A stretch of DNA of 64,000 nt, from positions 8,246,001-8,310,000 of the forward strand of contig OX597828.1 of assembly GCA_951406725.2 (NCBI GenBank), written 5' to 3'. The stretch is from Octopus vulgaris. Lineage: Eukaryota. Of the stretch, positions 40,239 through 54,026 are shown in pieces. The notes beneath the pieces were generated by a model. It worked only from the letters and a program-made list of their open reading frames with translations, made no database searches and was not told the DNA's origin. Both the position numbers and the translations under genes were made by a program. Numbering within the stretch: position 1 is the stretch's first letter; each line of letters begins with the position of its first letter.

Positions 40239-40864
40239 GAGTGCTGCTGCTACAAGCTCATCTGCAGCTACAAAATACAGCTTAGTAGAAGAATTATTTG
40301 AGTTTCGGAAATATTCTCTGCTGATTCTTTTGAGATACTACATCTTACATTCAATCACTGATAAGGCCAGGTTTTCTTTCCATACTTCTGGAGTCAATAA
40401 TGTGAAGTATACGTTAAATACGTAGGTTCTGGCCATGTGCTGACATACAGAAACATTACAACTTTTAATTGACGAGCGATTTACAGTGTCGGAAAAAATA
40501 TATTTGCGTTACGTATCGTTTTTAAGTAAAAATTAAAATAAACTCACACACTAGTTCCATACCATTTCATTATTTCCCCAAGTAGTTATTCAATTGTTTG
40601 TTCATTGAGCTGATGGAACAATCAATTGGTTGCTATCTTTCTCTCTCAGCGTCCCCTCATCGCCCTTCTCGTCCTCCATCAACATTTAAATCTTGCCGTG
40701 GTCGTTTTTAATCTTCATCGCTCTGGTGTAAAAAAAAATATTGTAGAAGTCATATAGTGGACACTGTGTAATCGACTTGCCAAATTACCCGCGACACAGA
40801 AAGAAATTTCAGGCCTAATGCCTGTAGGAGAAAGAATAATTATTGTTGCTGTTGTTTTTCTAAT

Positions 40865-41119
40865 TCTCTTTTTCTTGTTTCAGTCATTTGACTGCGGCCA
40901 TGCTGGAGCACCGCCTTTAGTCGAGCAAATCGACCGCAGGACTTACTCTTTCGAAGCCTCGTACTTATTCTATCGGTCTCTTTTGCCGAACCGCTAAGTT
41001 ACGGGGACGTAAACACACCACCATCGGGGGGTACAAACACAGACACACGAACATACACACACATACATATATATATATGCATATATACGACGGGTTTCTT
41101 TCAGTTTCCTTCTACCAAA
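40865..41119 (-). mobile_element. SINE family A, 3' half
   Basis: Homology to the other family A copies. Confidence 0.88.
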
Positions 41120-41495
41120 CTACAGATGACGTAATTAATGTTTCTGCCAGCTCGCCGCCCTTTTCTTTCTTGCTAAAAGTTTGAGCCCATGTAGACTTTC
41201 TGAAATACTCTTTGTGGCTAACATTGCGATAGCAAATAACAAGCCGATGAAAAATTAACTTTACAAGATAACTTTTAACAACTAATTACTCCAACGACGT
41301 TATTTTTACTATGAATTATGTTCCGCAGTGCATCATAATCGCCTGAGGAGATTAATGTGATATTCAGTTATACCGCGCATCCTATTTAGCTGCAAAATCC
41401 AACAATATAACACCATCTAATATGTCATCTGATGTCCACCCACTCTTGCAGTTATACGTTACGATTTTCTGTATCATTATTATTATTATTATTAT

Positions 41496-41620
41496 TCAGT
41501 AGTTTTATTTTGATATCGTGGTTTTACTTCACTACCAAGCGCAGCTCTGTGTGCGTTGGGTATGTGCTGTGATTTGTTGTGATGCTCTTATGGTTATTGT
41601 ATGGAAATTGTTCTGCGTAG

Positions 41621-41621
<1 letters not shown>
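41496..41621 (-). mobile_element. R4/Dong 3'-terminal fragment in (TTA)n
   Basis: The reverse complement matches about 13527-13652, with the same 3' junction into the microsatellite. Confidence 0.9.
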
Positions 41622-41685
<64 letters not shown>

Positions 41686-41849
41686 ATTATTATTATTACT
41701 ATTATTATTGCGGTTGTGTCATAAAAAGTGTGCATCGTAACTACAAGGTTTAAAGTTCAGTCTCTCTGCTTGGCGACTTTGGCAAGTATGTTTTGCTATA
41801 GCCGCAGTCGGCAAACATTTTGAGAGATTTTGGTAGGTAGAAACTGAAA

Positions 41850-42260
41850 GGCGGCGAGCTGGCAGAAGCGTTAGCACGCCGGGCGAAATGCTTAGCCGTA
41901 TCTCGTCTGCCGTTACGTTCTAAGTTCAAATTCCGCCGAGGTCAACTTTGCCTTTCATCCTTTCGGGGTCGATAAATTAAGTACCAGTTACGCACTGGGG
42001 TCGATGTAATCGACTTAATACCTATGTCTGTCCTTGTTTGTCCTCTCTATGTTTAGCCCCTTGTGGGTATTAAAGAAATAGGCATTTCGTCTGCCGTTAC
42101 GTTCTGAGTTCAAATTCCGCCGAGGTCGACTTTGCCTTTCATCTTTTCGCGACGATTTAATAAGTACCAATTACGCACTGGGATCGATGTAATCGACTTA
42201 ACCCGTTTTCTGTTCTTGTTTTCCCCCTCTATGTTTAGCACCTTGTGGGCAATAAAGAAA
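41850..42260 (+). mobile_element. SINE family B dimer, abutting an old family A 5' remnant (about 41710-41849)
   Basis: Two tandem units joined at aaagaaatagg(c/t)atttcgtctg. Confidence 0.9.
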
Positions 42261-42557
42261 AATATATATAGTAGTAGCGAAAGTTACATTGTGCCTCTCT
42301 CTGACAATTTCCTGCAGAACGAAATCCCTGGATATTGAAATTGCGGCACCCGTAATAGACGATTCTCGTTTGCTACGATCTATGCTTGTGCTTTTATACA
42401 CTAAAGAACTATAGAGGAAGATCACGCCAAGACAATAACGCCGTATTCGGTATTCTAACAAGACATCCATCTTTATTTGGATATAAAGCTTACTCTTTGT
42501 TATTAATAAACATTCCGTCGCTAATGATTATTTTAAAATATGCTACTGATAATAATA

Positions 42558-42634
<77 letters not shown>

Positions 42635-42641
42635 CACACAT

Positions 42642-42951
42642 GCTGAGACCCCCTTCGGTCATGACTGACCATGGGATTGCACCTAGAAAGTTACCCTCCC
42701 AGGCACAAGTCCGGGCAAGGTTGTTTATTGAAGACCAGCAGTCGCCCATGCATACCGGCTACCCCTCTCCACGTCACCAGTGTTATCCAAGAGAAAGGCA
42801 AAGCGGCCAATACAGCTTGGCACCTGTGACGTCGCAACTCATTTCTACAGCTGAGTGAACTGGAGTAACGTGAAAAAAGGTGTCTTGCTCAAGAAGACAA
42901 CACGCAGCCCGGTCCGGGATTCTAACTCACAACTAAGCCATGCGCCTTCAC
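42642..42951 (-). mobile_element. CORE-type SINE with a distinct 3' tail
   Basis: Reverse complement gtgaaggcgcatggcttagt..cccggaccggg..cttgagcaagacac..ccagttcactcagctgtagaaatgagt; tail unrelated to family C. Confidence 0.75.
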
Positions 42952-43000
42952 ACACACTCGCACAAAAAACACATATATGTATGTATGTGCATATATACTT

Positions 43001-43040
<40 letters not shown>

Positions 43041-43041
43041 C

Positions 43042-43114
<73 letters not shown>

Positions 43115-43961
43115 CGAGTGAATAGTCAAACGAAAGAAGTGCCCTCAACACATTTATTCGGAGTTACATGCTTGGATCAAACTGTTTCGATCGATATAGA
43201 TGTGTGAGTGTGTATGTGCGTGTACGTGTGCGTGTGTGTTCATGTTTCTGCGTGTGTGCGTGTGTCAGTGTATGTGCTGACCAGCAGAGAGAGGCTTGTT
43301 AAAGTCTGTAAGAATGACGAGATTTTGCGTACTTTCAATCGGGAATGGGTATAAATTTTTCTTCTACTTAATGTATATTTTTGTATTAATCACATGGCAA
43401 CAATTTTAATTCTCCTACACTTTTCCGAGTAGTTTAATCTTTATAAGAGTGTACCAGGTGTGGTAATACATATTTAAAGCGAAACATATGTACAATTTTA
43501 TATACATTCATAATTATAATTCATGGAGCGTTCATGTATTGGAGTTGAAATTGCATGGTTGAAAGTTTTGTACAACCCGTTTAAGTAGAAGAAACGGCAT
43601 ATGAAATAAAGCAGCAGAAATATCTAGGTCCACCAAGATAAATACCTTCATTAATATTTAAAATATTTTGCTTCCGCAAAGTTCTTTTAGCCAAACAATC
43701 GTCTCCAAAAGACGGTAAGAATAATACAAAAGAAACAACGATATTGAAGGTTTAACTTTAATTAGATTTGAACTTTCACTCTATGCATTTATTTCACATA
43801 TATATGATGGTAGAGGAAAAACAAGCATTCTTTTCCAAAAATACGTTACTGAATAATGATCTAAATTCGAAATATCATGCTTGTGCTTTATCTTCAAGAA
43901 TGACTATTTTTAGCAAGAGATAGAGATGTGTATGTGTGTGTGAATGTGTGTGTGTGTGTGC

Positions 43962-43998
<37 letters not shown>

Positions 43999-44173
43999 AG
44001 AGAGGAAGAGCGAGAAAAAGAGGGCGAGAGAAAGAGAGAGAGAGCAAAAGAACAGTTAACGTTTATTTCGCCAGATGAAAACCAGCAGGAGAAAAGAAAG
44101 TGGCATGCCACGTGAAGGATAGAAAAAAAGCCCCCCCCCCCACACACACACACACAAAATGCAAGGGTGTGTG

Positions 44174-44286
<113 letters not shown>

Positions 44287-44333
44287 ACATATATGTATAC
44301 ATATTATATATACATATTATATATATATATGTT

Positions 44334-44380
<47 letters not shown>

Positions 44381-45807
44381 GTATATATATATACGTATAT
44401 ACATATGTTCGTGTGTGTGTGTTTAAAATGCTTGTGCTCTCTTTTAAAAATCATTTGCAACTTAAGAAAGCTGAAATCTTTTTACATCTGCTGGGAATAT
44501 GAATTTGTTACGAATTCAGTTATCTCTGAGCTTAATATGTTTGTGCGACACGAGAGAGGCCTCTGTGAAAATGTTAAAAATCTATTCACTCCATACAAAC
44601 TTATTCTATTTTATTGTTGTTTTTTTATTTTTCTACCAAGCTAATGTAAAATCTAGCTCTCATTGTACTTTAAGCTTATTCCCATTTAATGACAGTTGAT
44701 AGCAAGCTTTGGTTCATTACATTTGTATGAAGTTTCCTATTTACAATGATGTGAAATGTGTGTTTCGCGTTAGGAATGCTATGGGCAGTGTGTGAAAGAA
44801 AGCATTGTTTTTTTATTAATGCTGTACCTAAAAAGAAACCATACAATATCTGATTGTAATTAGGGTTTTATTGAACTGAGTTGATCTGGTTATATACCCT
44901 GTTTTCTTTTTGTTTCAAATGTCCGCTGATGGACAAAAAGCAACGTGAATTTGAACTCCAAAGACTGAGAAAGTAATTATTGGAACCCTTCCTAGGCAGA
45001 CCTAATCGAGGCGTAAAAGTTGCAGTCTTCCTATATGTTGGTAGCCCAGGGACATATTATTAAACATGACGGAATCTTTAATACCTTATATAGAAGTTTT
45101 GTTACTATTGCTTGCAGGCTGAACAGCCACATAAGTTCTTCATATGATCTGCTTTGTTGTTTAACCAGAAAAACCGTGATTGCACAAACAAACGAGAAAA
45201 GAAATTTCATCCATCAATCTCTAGATTGGATATGTAGGAAAATAAAATCGACTATGTCCTTTCATTTTTAAACGGTAAGTTGGAATTTGAAGGTAATTTG
45301 GCTGCTATTCAGCCACACAGAAACCCTCTGATTGGTTCTTGCATTCTAAGATACTTCACATTGTCTAACCCCTGCTGCATTTTGTACACCTTCAACGAAT
45401 ACACTTGGCATGCTAAAGTTGCAATTAAATAGCCCAAAAATAAAATTTGTCAGTTCTAGAAACGTGTAGAACAGCTTGCATTTGCCTGTTATTCAAACAC
45501 CAAGAGCATTATCGATAATAATTATTCAGTTCACCTCATGATACGTTTTGAAAGAGGAAAGTAAGTATTATTTTATCGACCCAGGAGAAGAGTTCGTCGT
45601 ACTATGATTTGAACTTGGAAAGCTGAGGGGTGGAAACTACAATATCAAAAGTTATTCTGTGAGGTTCACTATTTATTCTACTGTTCAATCTACCAGAGAT
45701 CGTTACATTATATGTGTTCTGAACATAAAAATGCATAAGCATTTGCACACGGAAACGTGCTTATCTACAATATTACGGACATACATACAGAAAGACTGAC
45801 AGACACA

Positions 45808-45846
<39 letters not shown>

Positions 45847-46813
45847 TGCGTATATATTCGCATTTATCCATATGCAAATGCATGTATATATATGTGTGTA
45901 TATGCATATGCACAAACACACTGGCACACACACTAATACACTAACATAAACACATACACAAGTGTGTTTGTACGTGTGTGTACTATGTATGAGTGAGTTT
46001 GTGTGACTTTACGAGTGTGAATGCACATACGAACCACGAAACTACAATGATGATTGTAATTATAGATAGCACATAAAACTATGAAGTCTACAGAATTATG
46101 TTGTATTAACATTTATGAATTTCCAATAACGAATGAGTCTGATGCTTCGATGCTATACACTACTCTTCTATGTTCGATCAATATATTTCCGCATAGATTA
46201 TTCTAGACGAAGTTTTAGTGGTGGCCACGAGGATAAGCTATTGGTGTCTTGACGGGGAAAAGTAACAATTCTCTTCCATTTTTATTTGGCTTCACCCCTT
46301 TAACTGGAAGTTTATTTCGGCCATTTTTTCTACATTGCTTGCTACTGTCTCTGAAAAGACCAAGTCATATGATGTTCAATTGACTTATCATATCTACGCG
46401 CACACACTTTTCTTAAACTTACATCTCTGTTTAAGATTGTTTCCCAATTCCATTGTTGTGTTCTGCATTAAATCCCTCTACCCTATAACTTTCTTTCGAC
46501 ATGGTATTATGTTGATCAAAGCCTCACTTGCTTGTACATACATACATACATACATAAATACATACATACATACATACATACAGTCAGACAGACAGAGATG
46601 CATGCATGCATAGATAGACGCATAGAGAATTCAAATCTTCAATTCATATGCCAGGAATGATCACGATATCTGGAACAATAAAAATCTGCAAGACTTTCTT
46701 AAGATTTAAAGCCTGGTGGTTAAAAGAAACTACTTTCCTTCACAACCTTGCCATCAAGAAGGTGGCTGGTCAAAATTTCTCCTAAAGTTAAAACATTCAA
46801 CAGAACACGCGCA

Positions 46814-46873
<60 letters not shown>

Positions 46874-49800
46874 TACACGTTTGTGTGTGTCGGGTGCAAG
46901 TATTACTAAGAAGATGAAAAATACCTCAAGGCATGTGTTTCTGCTCGATTTCAAACCTATATTTTCAGGTCTGATTCAGTTTTTTTCTCGTAAATGTTAG
47001 TAAAATAGATTGCAGAAATGGTACCAGGCTCAATATAATCATCCAAAGCTGTTGCTGACGTTGCCACCCATGACCTCTTGTCTGAAAATAGTTAATGCAT
47101 AACGTGTGCTATTTTGGGAATTCTATGTGGTTTGACAGTTTTGACATATGTAGCAGCATTGAGGACTCACATTTGGGAAAATATTTACATTGCATTTCTT
47201 TGTATGGGATAAGCTTTATACTATATTCTTCCCGATGCAATAGTATTGGTCAAACTATCGTATCTCCAACTGCTTCAGATGCCAAGATATCAGAAAATTT
47301 CAAAGTGTAGTACAATGGTTTTGCCATAGAATGGTGAAACTATTTTTTCTGAAAAAGCAATTGTATGAAGGCATTGTAGCAATAACGAAGCTGTTCTCTG
47401 TCATTCAGACTACTAGAAATGACAGTAAAATATTCCTGAAATCAAACCTCACCGTCTTAGAAAATTGACAAATTAGATAATGTGATTCTTGTTGAACTGA
47501 TGATGGAAAATACAAAATAGATTCCATTGGAATGAGCTATATCAAGCTATATCATAAATTTGCTCGATTTCGAGTGGATGGGGGTTAAACAAATATAACA
47601 ACGAAAGGGAATATCTGTTAATTTTTGTCCTGCATATTTATAAATATTCTGTTTTGCATAAATAAAGACACCTACATGAATTATTCCCAAACGGAGTCTT
47701 TGTCTGATAAATTATGCATTTCTAAAGAAAAAAATCTTCACAAATAAATATTCAAGGAAATTCTTCTGCAAAGATACAATTCTTCTCACAAGAATTTCGT
47801 AACATACTTGACAAAACACATGTACGGCCCCCACGAAATTACTTTTCACACATTTGAGTTGAACATCCTCGAAGGCTATGATTTATCATTAAGTAGCTAT
47901 CATCGCTGAACTGGAAATCAAGCGATATAACTTTTGTAACGTTCCATTGTGCAAGCATTACCATTCCCAAAGGCACGCTCACCTTCCCAACACTCCCTAC
48001 TTTCATGATAACATACATTGTGTTATCAGCCCTTCCGTGTTTAACTAATTCATTTCCGTAGGTATTAGGGTCTCTAGCAATAATACACAAGAATCGCAAG
48101 GTTTTATTCTTACTTTTATGTAAAATCCATTTGATATTGGGCATTTATACGATAAAGTGGCGACTACGTAGATTCTTTAAAACACAAAGCAAAATACTTG
48201 GTTAGTCATTCTGGCTATCTGGGTTCAAATAACACTGAGATTGACTTTGTCTGTTATTATGTTGTAATCGATAAATAAATGCTACCCTCCAATTGGTATA
48301 GATTGTTCTACAACCATATATCCTCTTTTTCACTTACTGCCTCTCTTTCTTTCTCTTCGGAAGGAATTGGTTTTTAATTACTAGTGATAGATATATTCCG
48401 TTAGGTTTAAAGCGCTCATATTACGCCGTATTACAGGCGGCATCCTTCCAGCCCCATCTTCTGCTAAGTATCAAAAAAGGAGGGAATACAGAGAATGTAT
48501 TCGACTTCAGCCTTTATATGTTAATGTTAAACACACATTCAAGAATTACCTAACTGTAGCGCGAGGAATTTGCAATTGTTTTATTTACATCCAGTTTAGC
48601 ACTAACCCTGCAGATCGATGATCAAAGCATTCCAGGATTGATTAACCGAAATTTCTGTAGATACAGGACTATGTGTTCTTTATCTTTCAAAGGTAGAGTG
48701 ATATCAGAGGGAATTTAGGCCACTATTTCTAGTCAGTCTTGCAAGCACTTAAAAGATTGCTTTATTGGCTAACATGCTGAAGAATCTATGGTGCATTTCA
48801 AATACTGTTACCCTGTTGGAATAACATAGAAGACAATATATTGTAAATCTCTCTCTCTCTCGCCCTCCCTCCCCTCTCTCTCTCTAAGACCTACTCATTG
48901 AACTGTTATGGCAACATAACTTAATGAAAGTAGCAAACGAAATTTTGCCATTGCTCCTGCTGATTAAATCAGAAATGTGTGCCATCCTACGGCAACATAT
49001 TTATATTGAGTTCAAGTGGCATGTTGAGAGTTTAGTGATTTCCACTGGGGTTCTGTGTAGTTCTGGTGGAACAATACGTCATTTCCAATCATTCAGTTAG
49101 AAACCATCATTTCATCTACACCTCTGCCTCAATGCTCTTAAGCGAATCGAATCCAGTATACTACTGATATCCATTTTATCGACCGTAGTATCTTTTGAAA
49201 TCGGAACAAGCTGGCCTCAAACTGCACTAATTTAGCTCTCTATTGCCTCGATCATTAAAAAAAAGAAACAAAAACGACATAAATTGCAAAAAGAGCAAAA
49301 CTAAACAAATATTTGTGTCGCATAATAATAACTAACGTGTGAGGGGAAAATCATTTTTTTTTTCATGTCGAAGAAGAGGTTTTGAATTTCAAATATTAAC
49401 GGTCTAGCCGTTTAGATCAAAGATAAAGGAAACGGTAATTGGAAGGCATATCAAAAAATAAAATTAAGGGTAGTTTGAATTGTATGCCTCAAATATCAAT
49501 AAGAATTTCGATCGGTAGTTTTGACGAATTTTTCACTACAATATCAGTTATTAACCGTATCAAAAAATGATTTTTTTTTTCGTGATTTGCAATTAAGACA
49601 ATGTAAGTTTTATCAAATAAAATCCATCATTTCTATAAGGTTCGATCTCATATGCAAAACGGCTATGAGAAAATTTTTCTTTATTTGAGTAAAAAAAAAA
49701 AATTACCTCTTTGAAAACAAAAGTAAATGGACATCGTTATAGTAATTTTACAATTATTGTTAGCTTTTAACGACCGGGTTGCAAATGTGAATTGTCCGGA

Positions 49801-50294
49801 AAGAGATTTCACATACATGTAGCTTACATACAAAGAATCACATACAGACACACACACATATATGTATATGTGTGTATGTATGTGTGTATATATATATATA
49901 TTAGATTCCTGAATTGAAAGTAGCCTTTGTAAATGGCTATCGAAACTATCAAATTAGAATACTCGTACAATGAATGTAGACATAATTTCATACGTTGATA
50001 ACATAGAAATTGTTTTCTAATAAATAAATTATTGGTTTCTTTTCTTTTGTGTCAACATAAGAGCCTTACATTTTGGAGACAGAAGGAGTGTCTGGAAAAT
50101 GTGGTATCAAGAACATTAGTTTCGAACGAACTTGATATAAAACGTTGAAGCGACATTCTGTTTTTTTTTTGTCTGCATCACTCACAACTGTTGCTCATTT
50201 ATTATTGATACAGAGGCTTCAAAATATAATCAATTTTGTACGATCATTTGCTTGAAAGTGAGAGGGGGAGACAAAGAGAAGAGATGATACAGAT

Positions 50295-50296
<2 letters not shown>

Positions 50297-50333
<37 letters not shown>

Positions 50334-50350
50334 TAGATATATAGACAGAC

Positions 50351-50395
<45 letters not shown>

Positions 50396-50440
50396 TATAG
50401 ATAGATAGGTAGATAGATAGAGGGAGAGTGTGAGAGAGAA
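50297..50440. repeat. (GA)n/(GATA)n microsatellite
   Basis: Seen directly. Confidence 0.95.
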
Positions 50441-51374
50441 TGATATTCAAAGTACCTTGCCATATTTTTGCTGAATATTTGAGATGAGAGTCGAACCCGA
50501 AACATAATTCCTGACTTTCGTTACTTTCAGAGATCAATAAAATTAGTGCCATTCAAATGTTTAAGTAAATTTTAATAGGCTGTGCCCGCTACAACATTTC
50601 TAATTTTGTGCTAATGTAAGAAATATTTTTCATTCTTATTAGAAAGTACTGTAAAGTCATATTATTTAGGCAAGCAAGCTTAATAGCTTCTAGTATGTAT
50701 TTGAAACTATGCATTCAGCGTTAAAATTTCAGTTAATTTGTTTTTGTTTTCAAAACCTAGACAATGGATTTTCTTAAAATAAACACCCGTGAATTTCTGG
50801 CAGCGAATCAATTCACAATACTCCTCATCATTAATTATTTGGCATTGAATATTATCAAATGATTTTTAGTTAATGGTATTTTTAGAAAATGGAAACCTCA
50901 ATTCAACATTAACTGATGCGAAATTTTAACTATATTTAAGGTATTTCAGAGAAATCCATTGAAAACTTCTCAAATAGTTATTTATAATTGCATCGAAATA
51001 TTTCCAACTGGTGTATTAGAACTAGATGCCTGATCTCGCATGTTACACACATAACAGTTTTATTGTACCATCTCTGTCTCTCCGATAGAATAGAAGTCTT
51101 TTAGACAGAAGGCTAGCAACTTTTAGGGGAGAAGGTTGAGTTGATACTGTCGGCCTCTTGTCTGTTTTCTTTTCCCGTTATCTACGTCAGAGGAATGAAA
51201 GACGAAGTTAATATCGACAGGATTTATACACCAAATGTAAAGAACTGGGAGAATACCACAAATCATTTTTTTCCATATATGTCAAAGTAAAACGTCTCTA
51301 CCAATTCTTCGCTTTGATTTTTAATATATAATAATGATAATCTCTTGTCACAGAAATTTAGACAAATATAGTGG

Positions 51375-51422
<48 letters not shown>

Positions 51423-51867
51423 GTAATAACGCTTATTTTAACACATATAGCGATAAGGAAAGTTATTTTAACACACATATATATATATACCGTATGTCCA
51501 AATTAGACGAAATAGATTTTTTGTTTCAGTATTTATTTTTGCTTGCAATAGTATTAGTCAAACTATCGTATCTCCAACTGCTTCAGATGCCAAGATATCA
51601 GAAAATGTTAAAGTGTAATACAATAGTTTTGCCATAGAATGATAAAACTAAGTTTTCGTTTCCTGAAAAAGCAATTTCTTGGTCTTATGACACCTTTGCA
51701 TAATAGCAACGATATATATATATATATATATATATAGTCGATAATAATAAGGGTAAAATTAATTAATTAATTAGTAATTAATAATTTTACCAAGCAGTGT
51801 TCAGTATGTAAAAGGACCATTTACGGTAAATTTAAACATTATTTTATATAATTAGGGTTCAGCAAAA

Positions 51868-52028
51868 ATTGCTTTACCACACACCGAACTTTTTGATATA
51901 GCAGCCAAAGAATTTAGCTATTTCCTCTACTTTAAGAAGAGTCTCCCAGATAATGTATACTTAAAGTAAAGGAAATAGCTAAATTCTTTGGCTGCTATTT
52001 CTAAAAGTTCGGTGTGTGGTAAATCAAT
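51868..52028. repeat. 69-bp-arm inverted repeat with a 23-bp spacer
   Basis: 51868-51936 is the reverse complement of 51960-52028 with a few mismatches. Confidence 0.9.
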
Positions 52029-52825
52029 ATATAAATAGTTTACTATAAATACTTATTTTAACAAATGTTCTCATTTTACCTCCATTATATGTCATACATT
52101 ATAAAGAGATAGTTGGGAAATGCTTTATGATTTTTTTAATGGTATTGTTTGAAGATATAATAATATTTATACACGTATATGATAATCATGTATGATCGAA
52201 AGTTATTCTTTTATTTATGGCTGAACGTACTCAGGAAAAAATAACAAAATAAATAAATCATTTTTTAAAGCTTTGTTGTTGCTGTTGTTGATTAACTTAC
52301 AGAAAAAAATATTTATTAGGTAGAATTTTTGTCAAAATAGAATCTTATTCAAAGCATCCCAAGTATGATAATCTCATCTCATTGGAAAATCGTATCGCTT
52401 CATGAGAATTCGTTATTTCTAGGATGTCCCAGTAAAAATTTCTGGTCGTAGATTTAATATAGTCAGAAACTGCGATTGAATTCTACGATAGGACATATTT
52501 GTTGTTCTAAGAGTGGAAGGACATGTTGATTGTGTGATATTGAATTTAAACGAACTCAGTACCTGGTTTACTATTGAATTAACGATCGCTCAAATGGATA
52601 TATGGTAACGTCGAGAAAGTAAAAATTTAATAAAATAGTACCGTTTTGTCAGTCGCTCTATCATCTATGCTAATTCTATCCTTGTATATATTAACGTAAT
52701 CCTTTTCAAGATATGAACAGCGGCAAATATTTTAAGTCAGTATTCAGTATGATTTGTTAAGACAGACATCAAAATTTGTCAGGTAGTTAATTTAATGACC
52801 CCTGAATGACGAATCGTAAAGATGA

Positions 52826-53000
52826 TATTATTTACATTATTTACATTCGTCGGATATTTGTCCTCATTTTGTTTGTTGCTAACACAACCTTTCGGCCGAT
52901 ATACCCTCCAGCCTTCTTCAGGTGTCTTGGGTAAATTTCGAACCTGGGTTCTCATTCCTAAGGTATTCTTCGGTCTTATTAACCACTACGCCATATGCCC
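52826..53000 (-). mobile_element. Family D copy, internally deleted, head-to-head with 53003-53313
   Basis: Reverse complement has the first 22 nt of the head fused to the tail. HHR at 52881-52926: GACAC-CTGAAGA-A-GGCTG..CGGCC-GAAAG-GTT-GTGTT. Confidence 0.85.
52881..52926 (-). ncRNA. Minimal type I hammerhead motif (Penelope type)
   Basis: Intact CUGAAGA and GAAA boxes, 5-bp stem II, 5-bp stem I, GUU triplet, vestigial stem III. Confidence 0.65.
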
Positions 53001-53002
53001 AC

Positions 53003-53313
53003 GGGCATATGGCGTAGTGGTTAAGAGCGCGGGCTACTAACCCCAAGATTCCGAGTTCGATTCCAAGCAGTGACCTGATCAATAATAATAATAATAATAA
53101 TAATAATAATTAGAATAATAATAATAATAATAATATCGAAGATACCTTAGGAATGAGAACCCAGGTTCGAAATTTCCCCAAGACACATGAACAAGGCTGG
53201 AGGGTATACCAGCCGAAACGTTGTGTTAACAACAAACAAAATGAGGACAAATATCCGTCGATTGTAAATAATGTAAATAATGTACATAATTCCTCATCTC
53301 TTAAATATAGAAC
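53003..53313 (+). mobile_element. SINE family D: tRNA-like head, (AAT)n and hammerhead-containing tail
   Basis: A box TGGCGTAGTGG, B box GAGTTCGATTCC (53053-53064), (AAT)n at 53081-53134, HHR remnant at 53182-53227, tail with tandem TGTAAATAA. Confidence 0.85.
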
Positions 53314-53966
53314 CGTAAAAATGATAGCAGCCATTCATGAAGATAGGCTGAACATGGATGATACTGACTTCCAATATCACACGTTACTTAGAGCGGTGCT
53401 CATCTGATTGTGTTCGTTCACATTCCTTATATATTTTACACATTGATATCTGCCACAGACATATTAACTCAGATACGATGGAGGATTCAAATCATTTACA
53501 TCGAATCCACCTACGGTTAGTCTACTTTTTCGAACTCGAAATAATGAAAGTAAAACTTTCTATCCATCGCTATAAGTCCACAACATAAAGAATTGAATAA
53601 AGCAAGGCATGTCGTTCCAAATTCTAATGAATCTGATAAACCAGTCTCGTTAATTTTTCCATATCTAACAGTAATATATCTGTTAAGTAAAACAAACATA
53701 TAAGCAGACAAAGATTAAAAACTAATTTCGGATAATCTTATTATAGTAATTAAGAACATATTAAATAAATTAATTGACGTTCAGATGACAAAATTTATGC
53801 TTATGTTACCGCATTTTTGATTTATTTCGTAACGTAATATGCTCTGAAGAAATTCATAAAACTTTAAAGGTTCCCCTTACTTAATTTCTGTTTTGCCAGC
53901 ACATTTGATATGTCATTCTCTAATTTTAGCGCAATATAAATAAGCTGCCTCCATACAAACAGTCAT

Positions 53967-54026
<60 letters not shown>

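Noticed and set aside
39539-40301. Poly-Met/Asp/Ile ORFs
   Set aside because: (CAT)n-type repeat that is open in several frames; no coding or splice evidence.
47839-48144. 101-aa non-repetitive ORF
   Set aside because: No recognisable domain or supporting exon structure; a length expected by chance.
49315-49500. Repeat-free stretch with a TCF-like AGATCAAAG site, possible enhancer
   Set aside because: A single short motif; cannot be supported without conservation or chromatin data.
53003-53077. Possible tRNA gene
   Set aside because: A and B boxes are present, but acceptor and T stems do not pair properly, and it is fused to a repeat body. It is a SINE head. The same applies to the heads of families A and C.
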